A stretch of DNA of 62,291 nucleotides from a virus (IMGVR_UViG_3300031718_000010:1-62291); one strand, 5' to 3'; numbered from the stretch's first letter, positions 29,001 to 38,897 are shown. The notes: a model not told the origin generated them from the letters alone. Translations and numbers: made by a program.

Positions 29001-31137
29001 GTATTCATTCTTTACTGACCCTAGTATTGGTGGGCCTATTGCCGCTCCTACCTGCGCGGTTATAACTGCTGGCCCACCCTTCCCTTCTGCTGGAGCACAT
29101 AGCTTCTCTTACTCGGCTATTTATCCTAATGGAGGGCAGAGTTTAGTATCACCTATTTCTAATTCCTGTACGGTAGATGGCGCAACACAGCAAATTAATA
29201 TTAGTATTCCTGCGTTAGTTTCTGACGCTAGTTATAATTGGTATTTTGATGGCAACAACCTTCCAGAAGTAAATGGCGTAAGCTGTGTCCATACCACTCC
29301 TGCTGGGACTCTAACCTGGACGTGGCAAGGACAAACTTGCGGGTTTAATAGTCAACCTAACCTAGCTGGGGGTGGGTTAGCTGGAGTTAAAAATAACTTC
29401 TTGTGGAGTGATATATATCTTCTAGGGAAATATGCTGATATCTTCGAAACCCCTACTCCAGCTAATCCAACCTCAGGGTTTGAGCGTTGGTTTGCTAATT
29501 CTGCTACTCATCAATTATCCTGTATATTACCTTCAGGAGCATCATGCGTTAACACTGGCATTGGAACAGGGACGCAAAACTGCTTAACTGATTGGCCTAC
29601 GACTAGCTCACTAGGCTCAGTATGTAGCTCTATAGCTGGTCAAGTGCCCGTTGCTAATAATGGCTCCGCTCCATCATTCCTATCTCCATCAATGGTTGAT
29701 AGCCCTAATTCTCCTGTATCCACTACTCCTTATCTAATAGCTTGTGATACATCCTCATCTATAATAGATAGAACTAAGACTATTAGATTCCAATCTGGTG
29801 CATCAGCTATAACTATCCCATTATCCTCCGCTACCGGATGTAATGGATTAGTCACAACAATATTTGATGATGGAGCAGGGACGTTAACTTTAACTAGGTC
29901 AGGTAGTGATACTATAACCATAGTTAATGGGTCAACTAACCTGGACGCTCAGACATCATTTACCTTAACCAATGGGCAATACGTTACTTTATCCCAAAAT
30001 GCAACGGGTCTATGGTTAGCTAGAATAGCTATTGGAGCATCAGCAGGTGTTTCATCTTTTTCAGGTGACGGGGCTTTATTATGTAATAGTGCATCAGCTG
30101 GGGCCGTTACAGCTTCTATATGTGGTTCTACTGGGGCACATAAGTATTGGGGAAATCCATCAGGTGTGGCGGGAGCAGCTGGGTTTAATAGTTTAGTAGT
30201 AGCTGACCTTCCCACAAATATCCCTAATGCCAATCTAGCTAATCCATCTACGACGGTTAACACTCAAACTTGTACATTAGGCTCATCTTGCACCATAACA
30301 TATGCTAATATCCCAGCTGGGGCTATAGCTAACACTACAACAGCTACTACTCAATCTGCTGGAGATAGCACAACTGATGTAGCCACTGATGCCTTTGTGA
30401 CAACAGCAGTTAATAACGCTATAGCAGCTGTCAACCCAGCTGTAGCTGTATTAGCTGCAACAACAGGCTCTAACCTAACTGGAACATACAGTAATGGGGC
30501 ATCAGGTATAGGGGCTACATTCACAATAACTACAACCGGAGCCTTTACCTTAGATGGGATAGCAATTAACACGGTTGGGCAGAGAGTCCTATTAAAAGAC
30601 CAGACATCAGCCTTTCAAAACGGTGTATATACAGCTACAGTAGTAGGAGCAACTGGCATATCCCCTGTATTCACTCGCGCCCTTGATTATGACCAACCAT
30701 CAGATATCAACACAACAGGGGCAATCCCAGTACAAAGCGGGACAGTTAATGCCTCAACCTCATGGCTATTAACCTCAACAGTTAATACAATAGGAACAGA
30801 TGCATTAACATATGTTCAATTTACTATCGCTCCGTCTAATATAGCAACTAAGATAGCTAGCGGCACAGCAGCAATGGGGACTTCAGCCATAACCTCGGGC
30901 TCTTGTGCTACAGTTGTAACTGTATCCGCTACAGGAGTGTTAACGACTGATATTCTAACAACTAGCTTTAACGGTGACCCGACAGCTATAACAGGCTATG
31001 GGGCCAGTGCAACTGGAGCGGTGTTAACAATATACCCCTATCCGACAGCTAATAATGTCAACTTTAAGGTTTGTAATTCAACCGCTAGCTCTATAACTCC
31101 TAGCCCCTTAACCCTAAACTGGAAGGTTGTAAGATGA
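26014..31137 (+). CDS. Large modular tail fibre/spike-like protein with signal peptide
   Basis: MKKLIYLAILLLSLSDITKA|Q; YVDITSFGA beta-helix start; TTQSAGDSTTDVATDAFV fibre repeat; RVLLKDQT..QNGVY..TRALDYD module. Confidence 0.8.
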   Translation: MKKLIYLAILLLSLSDITKAQNGYVTIVATVKDPTGALYVNSQVGATFQDPGTSGKLPLLYGSTFQTNLTGYGTDSFAHFSLSVADNQQIGASSGATGTSWRFTILYQDRATSFTYQSPIDCIDNIPVTCNSGVMDISAPLQAAAALLPNQSGGGAFVPITVSGSATPVFNSNSNTTFTYTLNQPVTASTFITVPKPNTTNIFQFNICQNSTGNYPMVWPANVTLPSNYSFNLNPNACSPVAFVYSPALNLWTPWEGAGSASGGIVNVAVPPTGVCVAGSTPQQVISTGTLYTCQAGVWGAVASPSGCTTSGNQGTVQASGASAGTCQPTNIVELSNGLTINEDIPASKGPNPYVDITSFGAVALNTSFTPYLPGITATATAGNPALSISAASTFVKGQGVQVIGAGPTNTMATPSAPVVTCVLAAGPTGTGIVVPCPAGGSETTCYTLTGIDKGYGITAASPETCVTGQTRGPQSNTLNNCVRSLNTLITCQTTAAHTLAPGAEIDIRNTTLDSEYGGSHVVVSTPDNTHFTYQFQRDTRTGASSVTATGGTVSYKQGNHIVIAGQSPPAGVWQYAIHRGSSGAETYVDLSGMVVSGNLDVWYMTWDDWGTSYTTASNRPFYIPNTPPNAAVNDSLITTICAGAGTTSLTLCLAPSNSTTSSTIVADNTANYLAAFTFAAANHGKVHVPAVASSNFATNSILDISPFNGTGLLISSDPYFGGTVLTNGNVIDGDTTFVSCTSFSLECLINITFNSAKPGIWGRNPVFRKLSLNPLGTNTQALFITGGVPTGILEDIALLGASAGNDFTSTPLRLLTQAQAGASAAGIVMNRIFTKGVSQGTTPLIISNNYGEVNIDTLMGAGRGFAFLNCPTCTITGVSVTQKLENQAASMSLFTTRGTVGLNVIGIIEDTGAQPIVTHLGQGFLQLGISASTPSSGIPQITGTSILVTNGLNPGPQQGVNTSYVAQGNGLINDGTYNSNQGLQQFYMQTDLGPGYSFFTDPSIGGPIAAPTCAVITAGPPFPSAGAHSFSYSAIYPNGGQSLVSPISNSCTVDGATQQINISIPALVSDASYNWYFDGNNLPEVNGVSCVHTTPAGTLTWTWQGQTCGFNSQPNLAGGGLAGVKNNFLWSDIYLLGKYADIFETPTPANPTSGFERWFANSATHQLSCILPSGASCVNTGIGTGTQNCLTDWPTTSSLGSVCSSIAGQVPVANNGSAPSFLSPSMVDSPNSPVSTTPYLIACDTSSSIIDRTKTIRFQSGASAITIPLSSATGCNGLVTTIFDDGAGTLTLTRSGSDTITIVNGSTNLDAQTSFTLTNGQYVTLSQNATGLWLARIAIGASAGVSSFSGDGALLCNSASAGAVTASICGSTGAHKYWGNPSGVAGAAGFNSLVVADLPTNIPNANLANPSTTVNTQTCTLGSSCTITYANIPAGAIANTTTATTQSAGDSTTDVATDAFVTTAVNNAIAAVNPAVAVLAATTGSNLTGTYSNGASGIGATFTITTTGAFTLDGIAINTVGQRVLLKDQTSAFQNGVYTATVVGATGISPVFTRALDYDQPSDINTTGAIPVQSGTVNASTSWLLTSTVNTIGTDALTYVQFTIAPSNIATKIASGTAAMGTSAITSGSCATVVTVSATGVLTTDILTTSFNGDPTAITGYGASATGAVLTIYPYPTANNVNFKVCNSTASSITPSPLTLNWKVVR

Positions 31138-31895
31138 TTAGATTTATTATCTTATCTATTATCTTATTAACTCAAGGGCCGTCCCTCCCTGGACCTGGGC
31201 CTGTGCGTTCGAGCGGTGGAGGAGGGACAATATCTGTTATTGGTACAAAGTCATTTGATAGCGGAACAGCTAGCCCCATCGGGCCACTTGATTTCGGTTC
31301 AGCTATCAGTTCAACCAGCCTCATCGTCCTTAGTGTAACAACAGGAGGCGACGGGGGCACTATTGTATCAAGTATTTGTGATAGTACAACCAATGCGACA
31401 TGTAGTAGTTCCGCGAGCACATGGTCATCATTGACGAAGCTAGCATCAGGGGGGTCACCTAACACACAGTTTTGGTATACCTGCAATGCTGCGGCGAGTA
31501 CACGTTTCTTCACAGTAACTCTAAATGGGGCAGAAGATGAAACGGTCACAATCAGCGCGTTCAATCATTCAGTCACATCAAGCTGTGCTGATGCCCATCC
31601 AACGGGGATTACAGGAACGGCTGGTGCAACGCTTACCTCTAATACATATTCAACCGCAGTTGCGAATGAAGTAGCTTTATCCTCGATGGCAGATGATACA
31701 AATTGTGGTCCTTCATGGACAGGTTCAGCAGGTAGTGGATTCACTCTAGCTAACATCGCTAGTGCGTGTAGTTCAATGCTTGGGGCCACAGAGTATAAGA
31801 TATACACAACAACGCAATCCTCGGTGACTTCAACTCTAACGACAGGCAACAGCAGCGGGAATACAGTTGCCTTCGACACGGCGACATTCAAATGA
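31134..31895 (+). CDS. Ser/Thr/Cys-rich fibre-associated protein with signal peptide
   Basis: MIRFIILSIILLTQG; beta-rich. Confidence 0.7.
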   Translation: MIRFIILSIILLTQGPSLPGPGPVRSSGGGGTISVIGTKSFDSGTASPIGPLDFGSAISSTSLIVLSVTTGGDGGTIVSSICDSTTNATCSSSASTWSSLTKLASGGSPNTQFWYTCNAAASTRFFTVTLNGAEDETVTISAFNHSVTSSCADAHPTGITGTAGATLTSNTYSTAVANEVALSSMADDTNCGPSWTGSAGSGFTLANIASACSSMLGATEYKIYTTTQSSVTSTLTTGNSSGNTVAFDTATFK

Positions 31896-34800
31896 GACGA
31901 CTACTCTTATTATTCCTATTCCCTATTAGCCTAATGGCACAAGTTATCAACTTTGAGAACTTTTCACATGGTACAGTCGGCTCTGCTCCTACACCTACTG
32001 ATATGGGCAACGCCCTATATGGGACACTAGGGACCTGTTGCTTCTCAGGTCAGACGCCATTTACAGCTATATCCAATAGCAACTCCACATTAACCTATTC
32101 AAACGCTACAGTAGCAACTGATGGAGGCCCTCCAGCCTCTATGCACTCCGGCTTATTGCTTGATTATTCTACAACACAGGGTAATGGTCAAGGTAATCAG
32201 ATTATCTTCCTGCGTAGTCCAAACGAGGTAGGCACGCTTACGATGGGGTCATTTTGGTTTACATCTAATATCCCTGTTACTGATGCATTTGGGACATCAA
32301 ATGACTTCCTTCAAGTAATAGGAGGTAATTCACGTCTAGCTAATTATAACTCAAATAATGGGACGACACAGAATTTCGGTATTGAGGCCTGTACTGGCCC
32401 CTGCCAGGGAACAATCCCATATACCCCAGGGCATACAGTCCTAATAGCATGGCAGCATTTAGTTGGGGCAGCTTGTGTTAATTCTAATCACACTGATTGT
32501 GTTCGTCTAGCTGTCTATGACCGTAATCTTAATCTAATTGGTGAAGAGGATTCCAGTGTCCCTGCTGGGGCATCCATCGCTTACGAAACTTTAGGTAACG
32601 GCAATGCAGCAGCCCTCTCATCTGGTCACCATATGCAATTCTCAGACATATGGACATGCTGGATTGGATGTACCGCGAGTATGTTTCCATTACTACCAAA
32701 TAGCCCAGAACTCGGGCTTATCACCTCTGGGCGTTATACCGACTGGACGAAGGCAGGATTCACTATCCCTTCAGCTTCATGGACTCAATGCGGGTCAACT
32801 ATTGCTGCTTATACCGGGACAGCAGCTACTATTAATAATGCTCTAGCTGCTTGTGGAGCTAATCAGTATGTGCTCCTAGGTCCGGGGACATTTTCATTAA
32901 GCACTGGTATTTCATATCCAACTGGCTTAAATAAATTAGCTCTTAGGGGGAGCGGAGCAAACAGCACCTTCCTAACCTTCACCGGAAGTCCGGGTGTGTC
33001 CTGTGGTAATTTTGGACCATCACTAGTTTGTATGAAGGGAGGCACTCCATCAGGGAATGCTGGGACACAGACAACAACATGGACAAGTGGCTTCCCCCAA
33101 GGCTCAACAACTATTGGTGTTGGTAGCTCAACTGGAATTACAACCACTACAGCCCTTCTATTAAACGTGGCTGATACTGGATACTCCGGTGACCCTGCTA
33201 GCGGCTGTGCTATAGACAACAGTCAATGGTTCAATACAGGTGACGCATATTCAACATCAGGTTGTAATAACCCAAATGGCTTATCACAAGACGGAGGAAA
33301 TGGATTCAACACAGGTAGGCAGCAGGTTCAACTCGTTGCTGTAACTAATATCTCAGGGACAAACTTAACCATTACCCCTCCTATTATTCCAACCAATATC
33401 CCTGTATCTAATACTCCTGATGTCTATGCTTATACACCAGCTGTACAGCTAGGATTAGAGAATCTATCTATAGATGGAACAGGTGTTACCACACCAGTCG
33501 GGGTTGCAGCAGTTGGTGTCTATCAAGGTTGGACAAGTGGAGTTAAGATAGCTAATACATTTACTTATGGCTTTAATGGGGCTTATCTCCTTAATTATGA
33601 CGTTCAGGATAGCTATGTTTATCATATTGGAGGAAGTGCTAATCCTTATGGGATACGTTGCTTTGTATGCTCATCAGCTAAGATTCAAAATAATATCATC
33701 CAACAGGTATTGACACCATTTAGCTTTGATGGTCCAGCAGTTGGGAGTGTCGTTGGCTATAATACCTGTCTACAGGCTACGCCTACATCAAATCTATTTC
33801 AAGAGTGCTATAACGAGCATGGCCCATCTGACCATAATATATTTGATGGAAATTATGGTAATTCAATAGCCGCTGCTGATGGGATTCATAACTCATCCTT
33901 CGCGCCTACGCTATTTAGAAATTTCCTAACCTCCACAGTATCCGCTCCACCTACGCTTGCTGAATCTCCAACACAGATGGCTATTTTACATTCTTATGGT
34001 TCGCGTGGAGCTAATGACATTGCTAACATAACAGGCACGCCAGCGTTCCCAACTAACACTTATCAATATACAACATCCTGCTCTCCTGCATCGAACCACA
34101 TTTATATCTTTCAAATCGGCGTTAGCTGTCAAGGTAACGTAGGCTCAATACCTAATGACACCCTCTCTGGCACATCCCTTGTCCGCTATGGTAATTGGGA
34201 CTCTATAACCAATGCAACTCGCTGGTGCGGTAATAGTCTAAATACTAACTTCACTAGCGCAGGGAATTGTAACTCAATATCTGAGGCCGCGCCTTCGTTC
34301 TCAACCTATCCTGGATTTGTCCCAGTAGTAGGAGACACAACAGCAGGTCAGCCACCACTTCCTCCCTCTCTATATTTAGGTAACACAAGGCCTGCGTGGT
34401 GGAATGTATCCATTCCTTATCCGGCAGTCGGCCCTGATGTGTCTAGTGGTAACGTAGGCTATTGCACAGGAACGTGGAATACCACAGGACAAATGGCAGG
34501 AGTTCCCGTTACAGCAGGCTCACAATGCCCAGTCAGTGGAACTATGACAACAGGATGGGCGGGACATGTAGCTGCTATCCCATCTCTTGCTTATTATCTA
34601 TCAAAGGGAGGAGCAGCAGACGGTAGTGGCCCTAGCATATCGTTTAATGCTGCGGATTACTACGGAACTCCAAGCTCTCCAATCGCTACATTCACTCCTC
34701 CATCTCCTATTAACTTTGGCCAAGTTCAAGTAGGAAATAATAAGGTAATAGGTGTCACCCTTCAAAACACAGGGACAGCTAATCTAGTTGTATTAACAGT

Positions 34801-35110
34801 TAGTCTAGGTAGTGTTGTATTCTCGCTTATAAATAATACTTGTGGCTCACCATCTACAATTACAAATGGCATCCCTGGCACAGGTTTCACGTTAACTCCT
34901 GGGCAATCTTGTACTTTTAACGCTAGTTATACACCAGCAGTTGTTGGTAGTAATGACTCAGTATCAGTTTTCTTCTCACCTGGGGCTAATAATCCCGACC
35001 AATTACAGCTTAGCGGACAAGCCATAGCACGTATATCCCCTACAGGTCCAGCATTAACCATATTCTCAGGAATTATAGTTACAAATGGAGTATCAAATGA
35101 AGCTCATTAA
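31892..35110 (+). CDS. Secreted-type beta-helix (pectate-lyase-like) protein with C-terminal ASH/choice-of-anchor-D-like Ig domain
   Basis: MRRLLLLFLFPISLMA|Q; INNALAAC..YVLLGPGTF..LRGSG; INFGQVQVG..TLQNTG..NTC..LTPGQSCTF..YTP. Confidence 0.75.
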   Translation: MRRLLLLFLFPISLMAQVINFENFSHGTVGSAPTPTDMGNALYGTLGTCCFSGQTPFTAISNSNSTLTYSNATVATDGGPPASMHSGLLLDYSTTQGNGQGNQIIFLRSPNEVGTLTMGSFWFTSNIPVTDAFGTSNDFLQVIGGNSRLANYNSNNGTTQNFGIEACTGPCQGTIPYTPGHTVLIAWQHLVGAACVNSNHTDCVRLAVYDRNLNLIGEEDSSVPAGASIAYETLGNGNAAALSSGHHMQFSDIWTCWIGCTASMFPLLPNSPELGLITSGRYTDWTKAGFTIPSASWTQCGSTIAAYTGTAATINNALAACGANQYVLLGPGTFSLSTGISYPTGLNKLALRGSGANSTFLTFTGSPGVSCGNFGPSLVCMKGGTPSGNAGTQTTTWTSGFPQGSTTIGVGSSTGITTTTALLLNVADTGYSGDPASGCAIDNSQWFNTGDAYSTSGCNNPNGLSQDGGNGFNTGRQQVQLVAVTNISGTNLTITPPIIPTNIPVSNTPDVYAYTPAVQLGLENLSIDGTGVTTPVGVAAVGVYQGWTSGVKIANTFTYGFNGAYLLNYDVQDSYVYHIGGSANPYGIRCFVCSSAKIQNNIIQQVLTPFSFDGPAVGSVVGYNTCLQATPTSNLFQECYNEHGPSDHNIFDGNYGNSIAAADGIHNSSFAPTLFRNFLTSTVSAPPTLAESPTQMAILHSYGSRGANDIANITGTPAFPTNTYQYTTSCSPASNHIYIFQIGVSCQGNVGSIPNDTLSGTSLVRYGNWDSITNATRWCGNSLNTNFTSAGNCNSISEAAPSFSTYPGFVPVVGDTTAGQPPLPPSLYLGNTRPAWWNVSIPYPAVGPDVSSGNVGYCTGTWNTTGQMAGVPVTAGSQCPVSGTMTTGWAGHVAAIPSLAYYLSKGGAADGSGPSISFNAADYYGTPSSPIATFTPPSPINFGQVQVGNNKVIGVTLQNTGTANLVVLTVSLGSVVFSLINNTCGSPSTITNGIPGTGFTLTPGQSCTFNASYTPAVVGSNDSVSVFFSPGANNPDQLQLSGQAIARISPTGPALTIFSGIIVTNGVSNEAH

Positions 35111-35456
35111 ATATGTCCTTATATCTATAGCCTTATTATTAGTATATAATATAGGGAAGACTAAGGCTCAGGTATCTCCATCTACGGTTAGCTTTCTAGC
35201 TGTACCATCTACAGCTTTAGCAGTTAATTGTCCAACCCCAACAACTGGTTATACAATCTATTGTGAGGCTTATGATAAATATCAAGTGTCAACTAATGGG
35301 GCTGCTTATGTAGTCATATGGCCTGTTTCACCTACTATAACAGGAGTCACATCCATCACAGTTAATGGTGGAACAGCCCAAACAGGGCCAGTAGCCTTAA
35401 CTATCCCATCTAAGGTTATATTAAATCCAATCACCCCGACAGGAGTCATTCAATGA
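35097..35456 (+). CDS. Small signal-peptide protein with VTSITVNG..GPV fibre-type motif
   Basis: SD GGAG; MKLIKYVLISIALLLVYNIGKTKA|Q. Confidence 0.65.
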   Translation: MKLIKYVLISIALLLVYNIGKTKAQVSPSTVSFLAVPSTALAVNCPTPTTGYTIYCEAYDKYQVSTNGAAYVVIWPVSPTITGVTSITVNGGTAQTGPVALTIPSKVILNPITPTGVIQ

Positions 35457-35701
35457 CTTGGTTTACTAACTTCATCCATTGGCATCCATACCTAGCTGGG
35501 GCACTAGCTATGTGGTTGTTCTCCAACTTTGTAGCCACAATGCCCACTCCAAGGGCTAATGCTAGTCAGTTTTACGAATGGATGTTTGGATTTCTCCATG
35601 CCCTTGGCGCTGGATTACCTAGGATAATAGCAACATTCGCACCTCAATACGCTAAATTTGTAGGAGCAGGACAAGTTAACGAGACTAAATCTACCACTTA
35701 A
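35453..35701 (+). CDS. Small membrane protein, holin candidate
   Basis: Two hydrophobic segments. Confidence 0.5.
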   Translation: MTWFTNFIHWHPYLAGALAMWLFSNFVATMPTPRANASQFYEWMFGFLHALGAGLPRIIATFAPQYAKFVGAGQVNETKSTT

Positions 35702-35730
35702 TATATGCCACATCTAATAGGAGCGACATA

Positions 35731-36234
35731 ATGAGTGGTGATGCTATCCTTGGGGCTGTAGTTGGGGCTGTAGCAGCTGTGGCGGCCAGTTGGTTATTGA
35801 TAAGGCAATCTAACTTTGAACGCGAACTAGCTGATGAGAGATGGAAGGGGAAGATAGAGCAACAGGTAAACATGATATGGCAGTTCCTTATGAGAAAGGG
35901 CGTAAATGAAGCTCTCATTACAGGTCTAGTAGAAAGAGGCTCACCGTTGCACGTTAACGTAGCTAAACTTGAGAGGCATAATGACTTCATCCAAGATGTC
36001 AAAAAGTGGTATAATACAACTGGCTCTAAGTTAGATGATATCCAGTTATTTATAGCTATAGAAAATCAGTTTCATCTTGAACTACAACATATGTGTGAAA
36101 CTGAAGGGTTGATGGCTGGAGGGGCGGTTGCGGCTGTTCTATTTATAATCAGGCCAGATGCACAAATGTTTAGGCAATATGATACAGCTGATTGGCATAA
36201 ACCGCTTACTGAGGATAATCAACAACAAGGTTAA
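35731..36234 (+). CDS. Membrane-anchored protein (lysis-related?)
   Basis: N-terminal TM helix followed by coiled coil. Confidence 0.6.
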   Translation: MSGDAILGAVVGAVAAVAASWLLIRQSNFERELADERWKGKIEQQVNMIWQFLMRKGVNEALITGLVERGSPLHVNVAKLERHNDFIQDVKKWYNTTGSKLDDIQLFIAIENQFHLELQHMCETEGLMAGGAVAAVLFIIRPDAQMFRQYDTADWHKPLTEDNQQQG

Positions 36235-36679
36235 CCATATCCCAAACAGCCTGTAATCCAGAGCTAGCCATTATATCCCTCATATTATCATCCGGGTCAG
36301 CAGGGCACTCAACTGGGTATAGATGAGGTTCATCAGGGAAGGTACGCCACTTAGCTCCTTCAGCTAAGCCACAGCTAGGGGCTTTAGCTAATATCTCAGC
36401 CCACTTACTATCCTTCCCATCCCAATCTATCTTAAAGCCATCTGTAGGAGCTACATCAACAGCAAGGCCGAAATTATGCATTGAATATCCAGCATCGGCA
36501 TCAGTTACCTTTGGCCCAGGGAGTGAACGTCCTTGCATATATAAGCTATGCTGTTGAGGCCATGTCCTTAATCCTTGAGTTACAATAATAGGAAAGGATA
36601 ACATATCAACTAGTTGATGGATTCTAGCTGCTAGAATAGGATGGACAGCAGCTAATCTAGCCTCACTATTGGCGTCCAT
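36206..36679 (-). CDS. Endolysin, M15-family (L-Ala-D-Glu) peptidase
   Basis: GLRT..QQ..LY.QGR, SMHNFGLAVD, DEPH Zn ligands. Confidence 0.9.
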   Translation of the reverse strand: MDANSEARLAAVHPILAARIHQLVDMLSFPIIVTQGLRTWPQQHSLYMQGRSLPGPKVTDADAGYSMHNFGLAVDVAPTDGFKIDWDGKDSKWAEILAKAPSCGLAEGAKWRTFPDEPHLYPVECPADPDDNMRDIMASSGLQAVWDMVNLVVDYPQ

Positions 36680-36680
36680 T

Positions 36681-36923
36681 TTAGTTAGAACCTGTCTTTA
36701 GCCAGTTGATATAATGAGGATTATGATACCTAACAAGGAAATGAATCCATAGCCAAGTTAGAAAGGGCATGGTTATATACCAAGGGATATATCTAACTGT
36801 AGCCTGAGTCAACATAGGGATATCCTTAGCCCCCATGTTTTCAAACCCAGCATATGTCTCCCATAGGACAAAGGCAAATACCCATATTATCCAATAGGCT
36901 ATGGGCCAAAATTCCCATTTCAT
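36681..36923 (-). CDS. Two-TM membrane protein
   Basis: Trp-rich hydrophobic helices. Confidence 0.6.
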   Translation of the reverse strand: MKWEFWPIAYWIIWVFAFVLWETYAGFENMGAKDIPMLTQATVRYIPWYITMPFLTWLWIHFLVRYHNPHYINWLKTGSN

Positions 36924-36925
36924 AG

Positions 36926-37147
36926 TTAACTTTGCTCCCCTGGTAGCTTAGGTGTTATCCCTGGAACCTCTAATACAGGTAAGGTATTAATCTTCCTAGC
37001 GTGTAATATAGCCATAGATGCAGCAGCAGACCCTCCAACTATAATATTAAATGGCGGGGGGAGCCAAGGTCCAGCTGAGGCCCCTACAGCTACTACACCT
37101 AAGCCTATATGTCCAGCTATGTGGCCTACCTTATGCCAGAATTTCAT
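36926..37147 (-). CDS. Small membrane protein, holin candidate
   Basis: Two hydrophobic segments separated by WLPPPF. Confidence 0.55.
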   Translation of the reverse strand: MKFWHKVGHIAGHIGLGVVAVGASAGPWLPPPFNIIVGGSAAASMAILHARKINTLPVLEVPGITPKLPGEQS

Positions 37148-37149
37148 AT

Positions 37150-37734
37150 TTAATATCCATTAGCTACAGCTATATGCCTAAGGTTAACTGGGAGATTATC
37201 AATAACCTTAGCTTGGAATTGATTAATATCAACTTGGATATCAGCCGTAACAGGAGCAACAGTAGGCACAGCCACCTGTCCAGCCTTAAATGCAGCTAAT
37301 CCAATATTAACAGCAGCCACAATAGCTGCTACATATGCTTGAGCCTTAGATTGCCCCTTAGCACTAACAACGTGTAATAAGGCTAATGTCTGAGGGCTAG
37401 ATAAGCTAGTAGCAAATACCCCTAAGCAGTCAACGAACTTACTACTAGTAGTTAGCATTGTATTCTGAGCGTTATTAATGCAACTCTCATAATTGCCATT
37501 AAATGTAATAGCTAGCCCGACAAAGTTAGATAACGCAGTCTCATCAGCTTGACTAATAGCCCCTACACTTACTAATAAGGGTAATTCCCCTTGAGCAAGG
37601 TTAAGGGCTATGTTAGCTACCGTGTAAACATTTTGAGCAGTTTGGAAATTAGAAGTTGTACATCCAGATAAGGTAATTGAGCTAGATGTGATTAGAACTA
37701 ATGAGAGTAAAAGTGAGGTTATAGAACGCTTCAT
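37150..37734 (-). CDS. Lipoprotein (spanin-like or exclusion protein candidate)
   Basis: Signal peptide with lipobox LSGC. Confidence 0.7.
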   Translation of the reverse strand: MKRSITSLLLSLVLITSSSITLSGCTTSNFQTAQNVYTVANIALNLAQGELPLLVSVGAISQADETALSNFVGLAITFNGNYESCINNAQNTMLTTSSKFVDCLGVFATSLSSPQTLALLHVVSAKGQSKAQAYVAAIVAAVNIGLAAFKAGQVAVPTVAPVTADIQVDINQFQAKVIDNLPVNLRHIAVANGY

Positions 37735-37781
37735 AACACCCCTTTAGATAGAGTTAAGGATTGCTAAACAAAGCTAATAGG

Positions 37782-37810
37782 ATGATAGCATGGTTACGGA
37801 TAAGTGTCAA
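37782..37810 (-). promoter_or_regulatory. Sigma70-type promoter for the - strand lysis genes
   Basis: TTGACA-17-TATCAT. Confidence 0.7.
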
Positions 37811-37811
37811 G

Positions 37812-38474
37812 TTATTTCGCGTTCTCCCCCTTCAGCGGCGCGGCGGGCGCAAATCCCAGTATTTCACTGTCGAATGGCGTGTAGTCGGGTGCTCCCGAGG
37901 CTGCGGGTGTGGCGGGCGCAAGCACTTTCCCGCACGTGCAGGTGAACATGATTTTCCTGTTAGGGTCCATTGCTGCTGCGGTGCACATCGGAAGCGTTGC
38001 TTGGCGCAATTCGCAATCGTCCGCATGACCTTCAAGAGACTGCTGAAATTCGTTGGAACTCATGGCCGTTACGGTCAGTGGTGGCGGCACCTTCTCCGCT
38101 TCTCCGGTGAGCAGGGCGTCGGCATTCAATTCCTGCCAGCGTTTCTTTATCCACGCCATCAGGTCAGCAGAAGTTCCCGTGAAGATGGCCTCTCGCCACA
38201 ACACGGCTTCACTTACCCGCACCTGCTCCGCCGATAGCTGTGGCCGCTCGGCTGGCTTCTCCGCGGCACATAACTCCAAAAGCCTGTCCACGGTCGCTTC
38301 CAAATCGGGGACGCCGGGTTGCTTTAGGTGCTCCATCATTTGCCGCTGCAACGCTTCCAACCCGCCCGCTGCTGGTGAGGTCGCGACTGCCTTTTCATTC
38401 TTTGGGTGACGTGAACACTCTTCACCATGCCCACCTCGCGCATCACGCCCACATTCTCCGCATTCGATGCTCAT
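37812..38474 (-). CDS. Mosaic hypothetical protein in GC-rich island (ATG 38474)
   Basis: SD GGAGG; CGEC..H..C and H..DC...CTCG motifs. Confidence 0.6.
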   Translation of the reverse strand: MSIECGECGRDARGGHGEECSRHPKNEKAVATSPAAGGLEALQRQMMEHLKQPGVPDLEATVDRLLELCAAEKPAERPQLSAEQVRVSEAVLWREAIFTGTSADLMAWIKKRWQELNADALLTGEAEKVPPPLTVTAMSSNEFQQSLEGHADDCELRQATLPMCTAAAMDPNRKIMFTCTCGKVLAPATPAASGAPDYTPFDSEILGFAPAAPLKGENAK

Positions 38475-38698
38475 TTGCTGGCCTCCAGGGCGGCATAGAT
38501 ACCGCAATACTTCCCATACGGCTTTAGCCCATTGACCGTGGAATAGCTGCAAGTCTCGCACTCGCTAAGGTGTTGCGCCAGTCGCACGGCCCGAAACTCT
38601 GCGGCAAGCGTCCGCAACTCCTCTTCGTTGAAACTCGGGTCCCACTCCATCAGCCACGCCCGCGCCCTCTCCAAGTCCACGTCCGGCTTGTCAGCCAC
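38471..38698 (-). CDS. Hypothetical protein in GC-rich island
   Basis: GTG start coupled to upstream stop. Confidence 0.5.
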   Translation of the reverse strand: MADKPDVDLERARAWLMEWDPSFNEEELRTLAAEFRAVRLAQHLSECETCSYSTVNGLKPYGKYCGIYAALEASK

Positions 38699-38897
38699 CA
38701 CACACCGCCTTTCCCCACCCATCATAGGTTCCATCGTCTTTGTTGAAATAGTGGTCTGTTCCATTAGCATCGTGCAGGTGAAACATCCCAAATTTGTTGT
38801 CGCTGGCCGAATCGGAAACCGTGAAGGGTAGGGCAATCTCTAGTAGCCACTGCTCGCCATCACGCATCGTCGCCAGAATCTTAATCTCGCTTGCCAT
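38691..38897 (-). CDS. Hypothetical protein in GC-rich island
   Basis: SD GAGGAGG before MASEIK. Confidence 0.6.
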   Translation of the reverse strand: MASEIKILATMRDGEQWLLEIALPFTVSDSASDNKFGMFHLHDANGTDHYFNKDDGTYDGWGKAVCGG

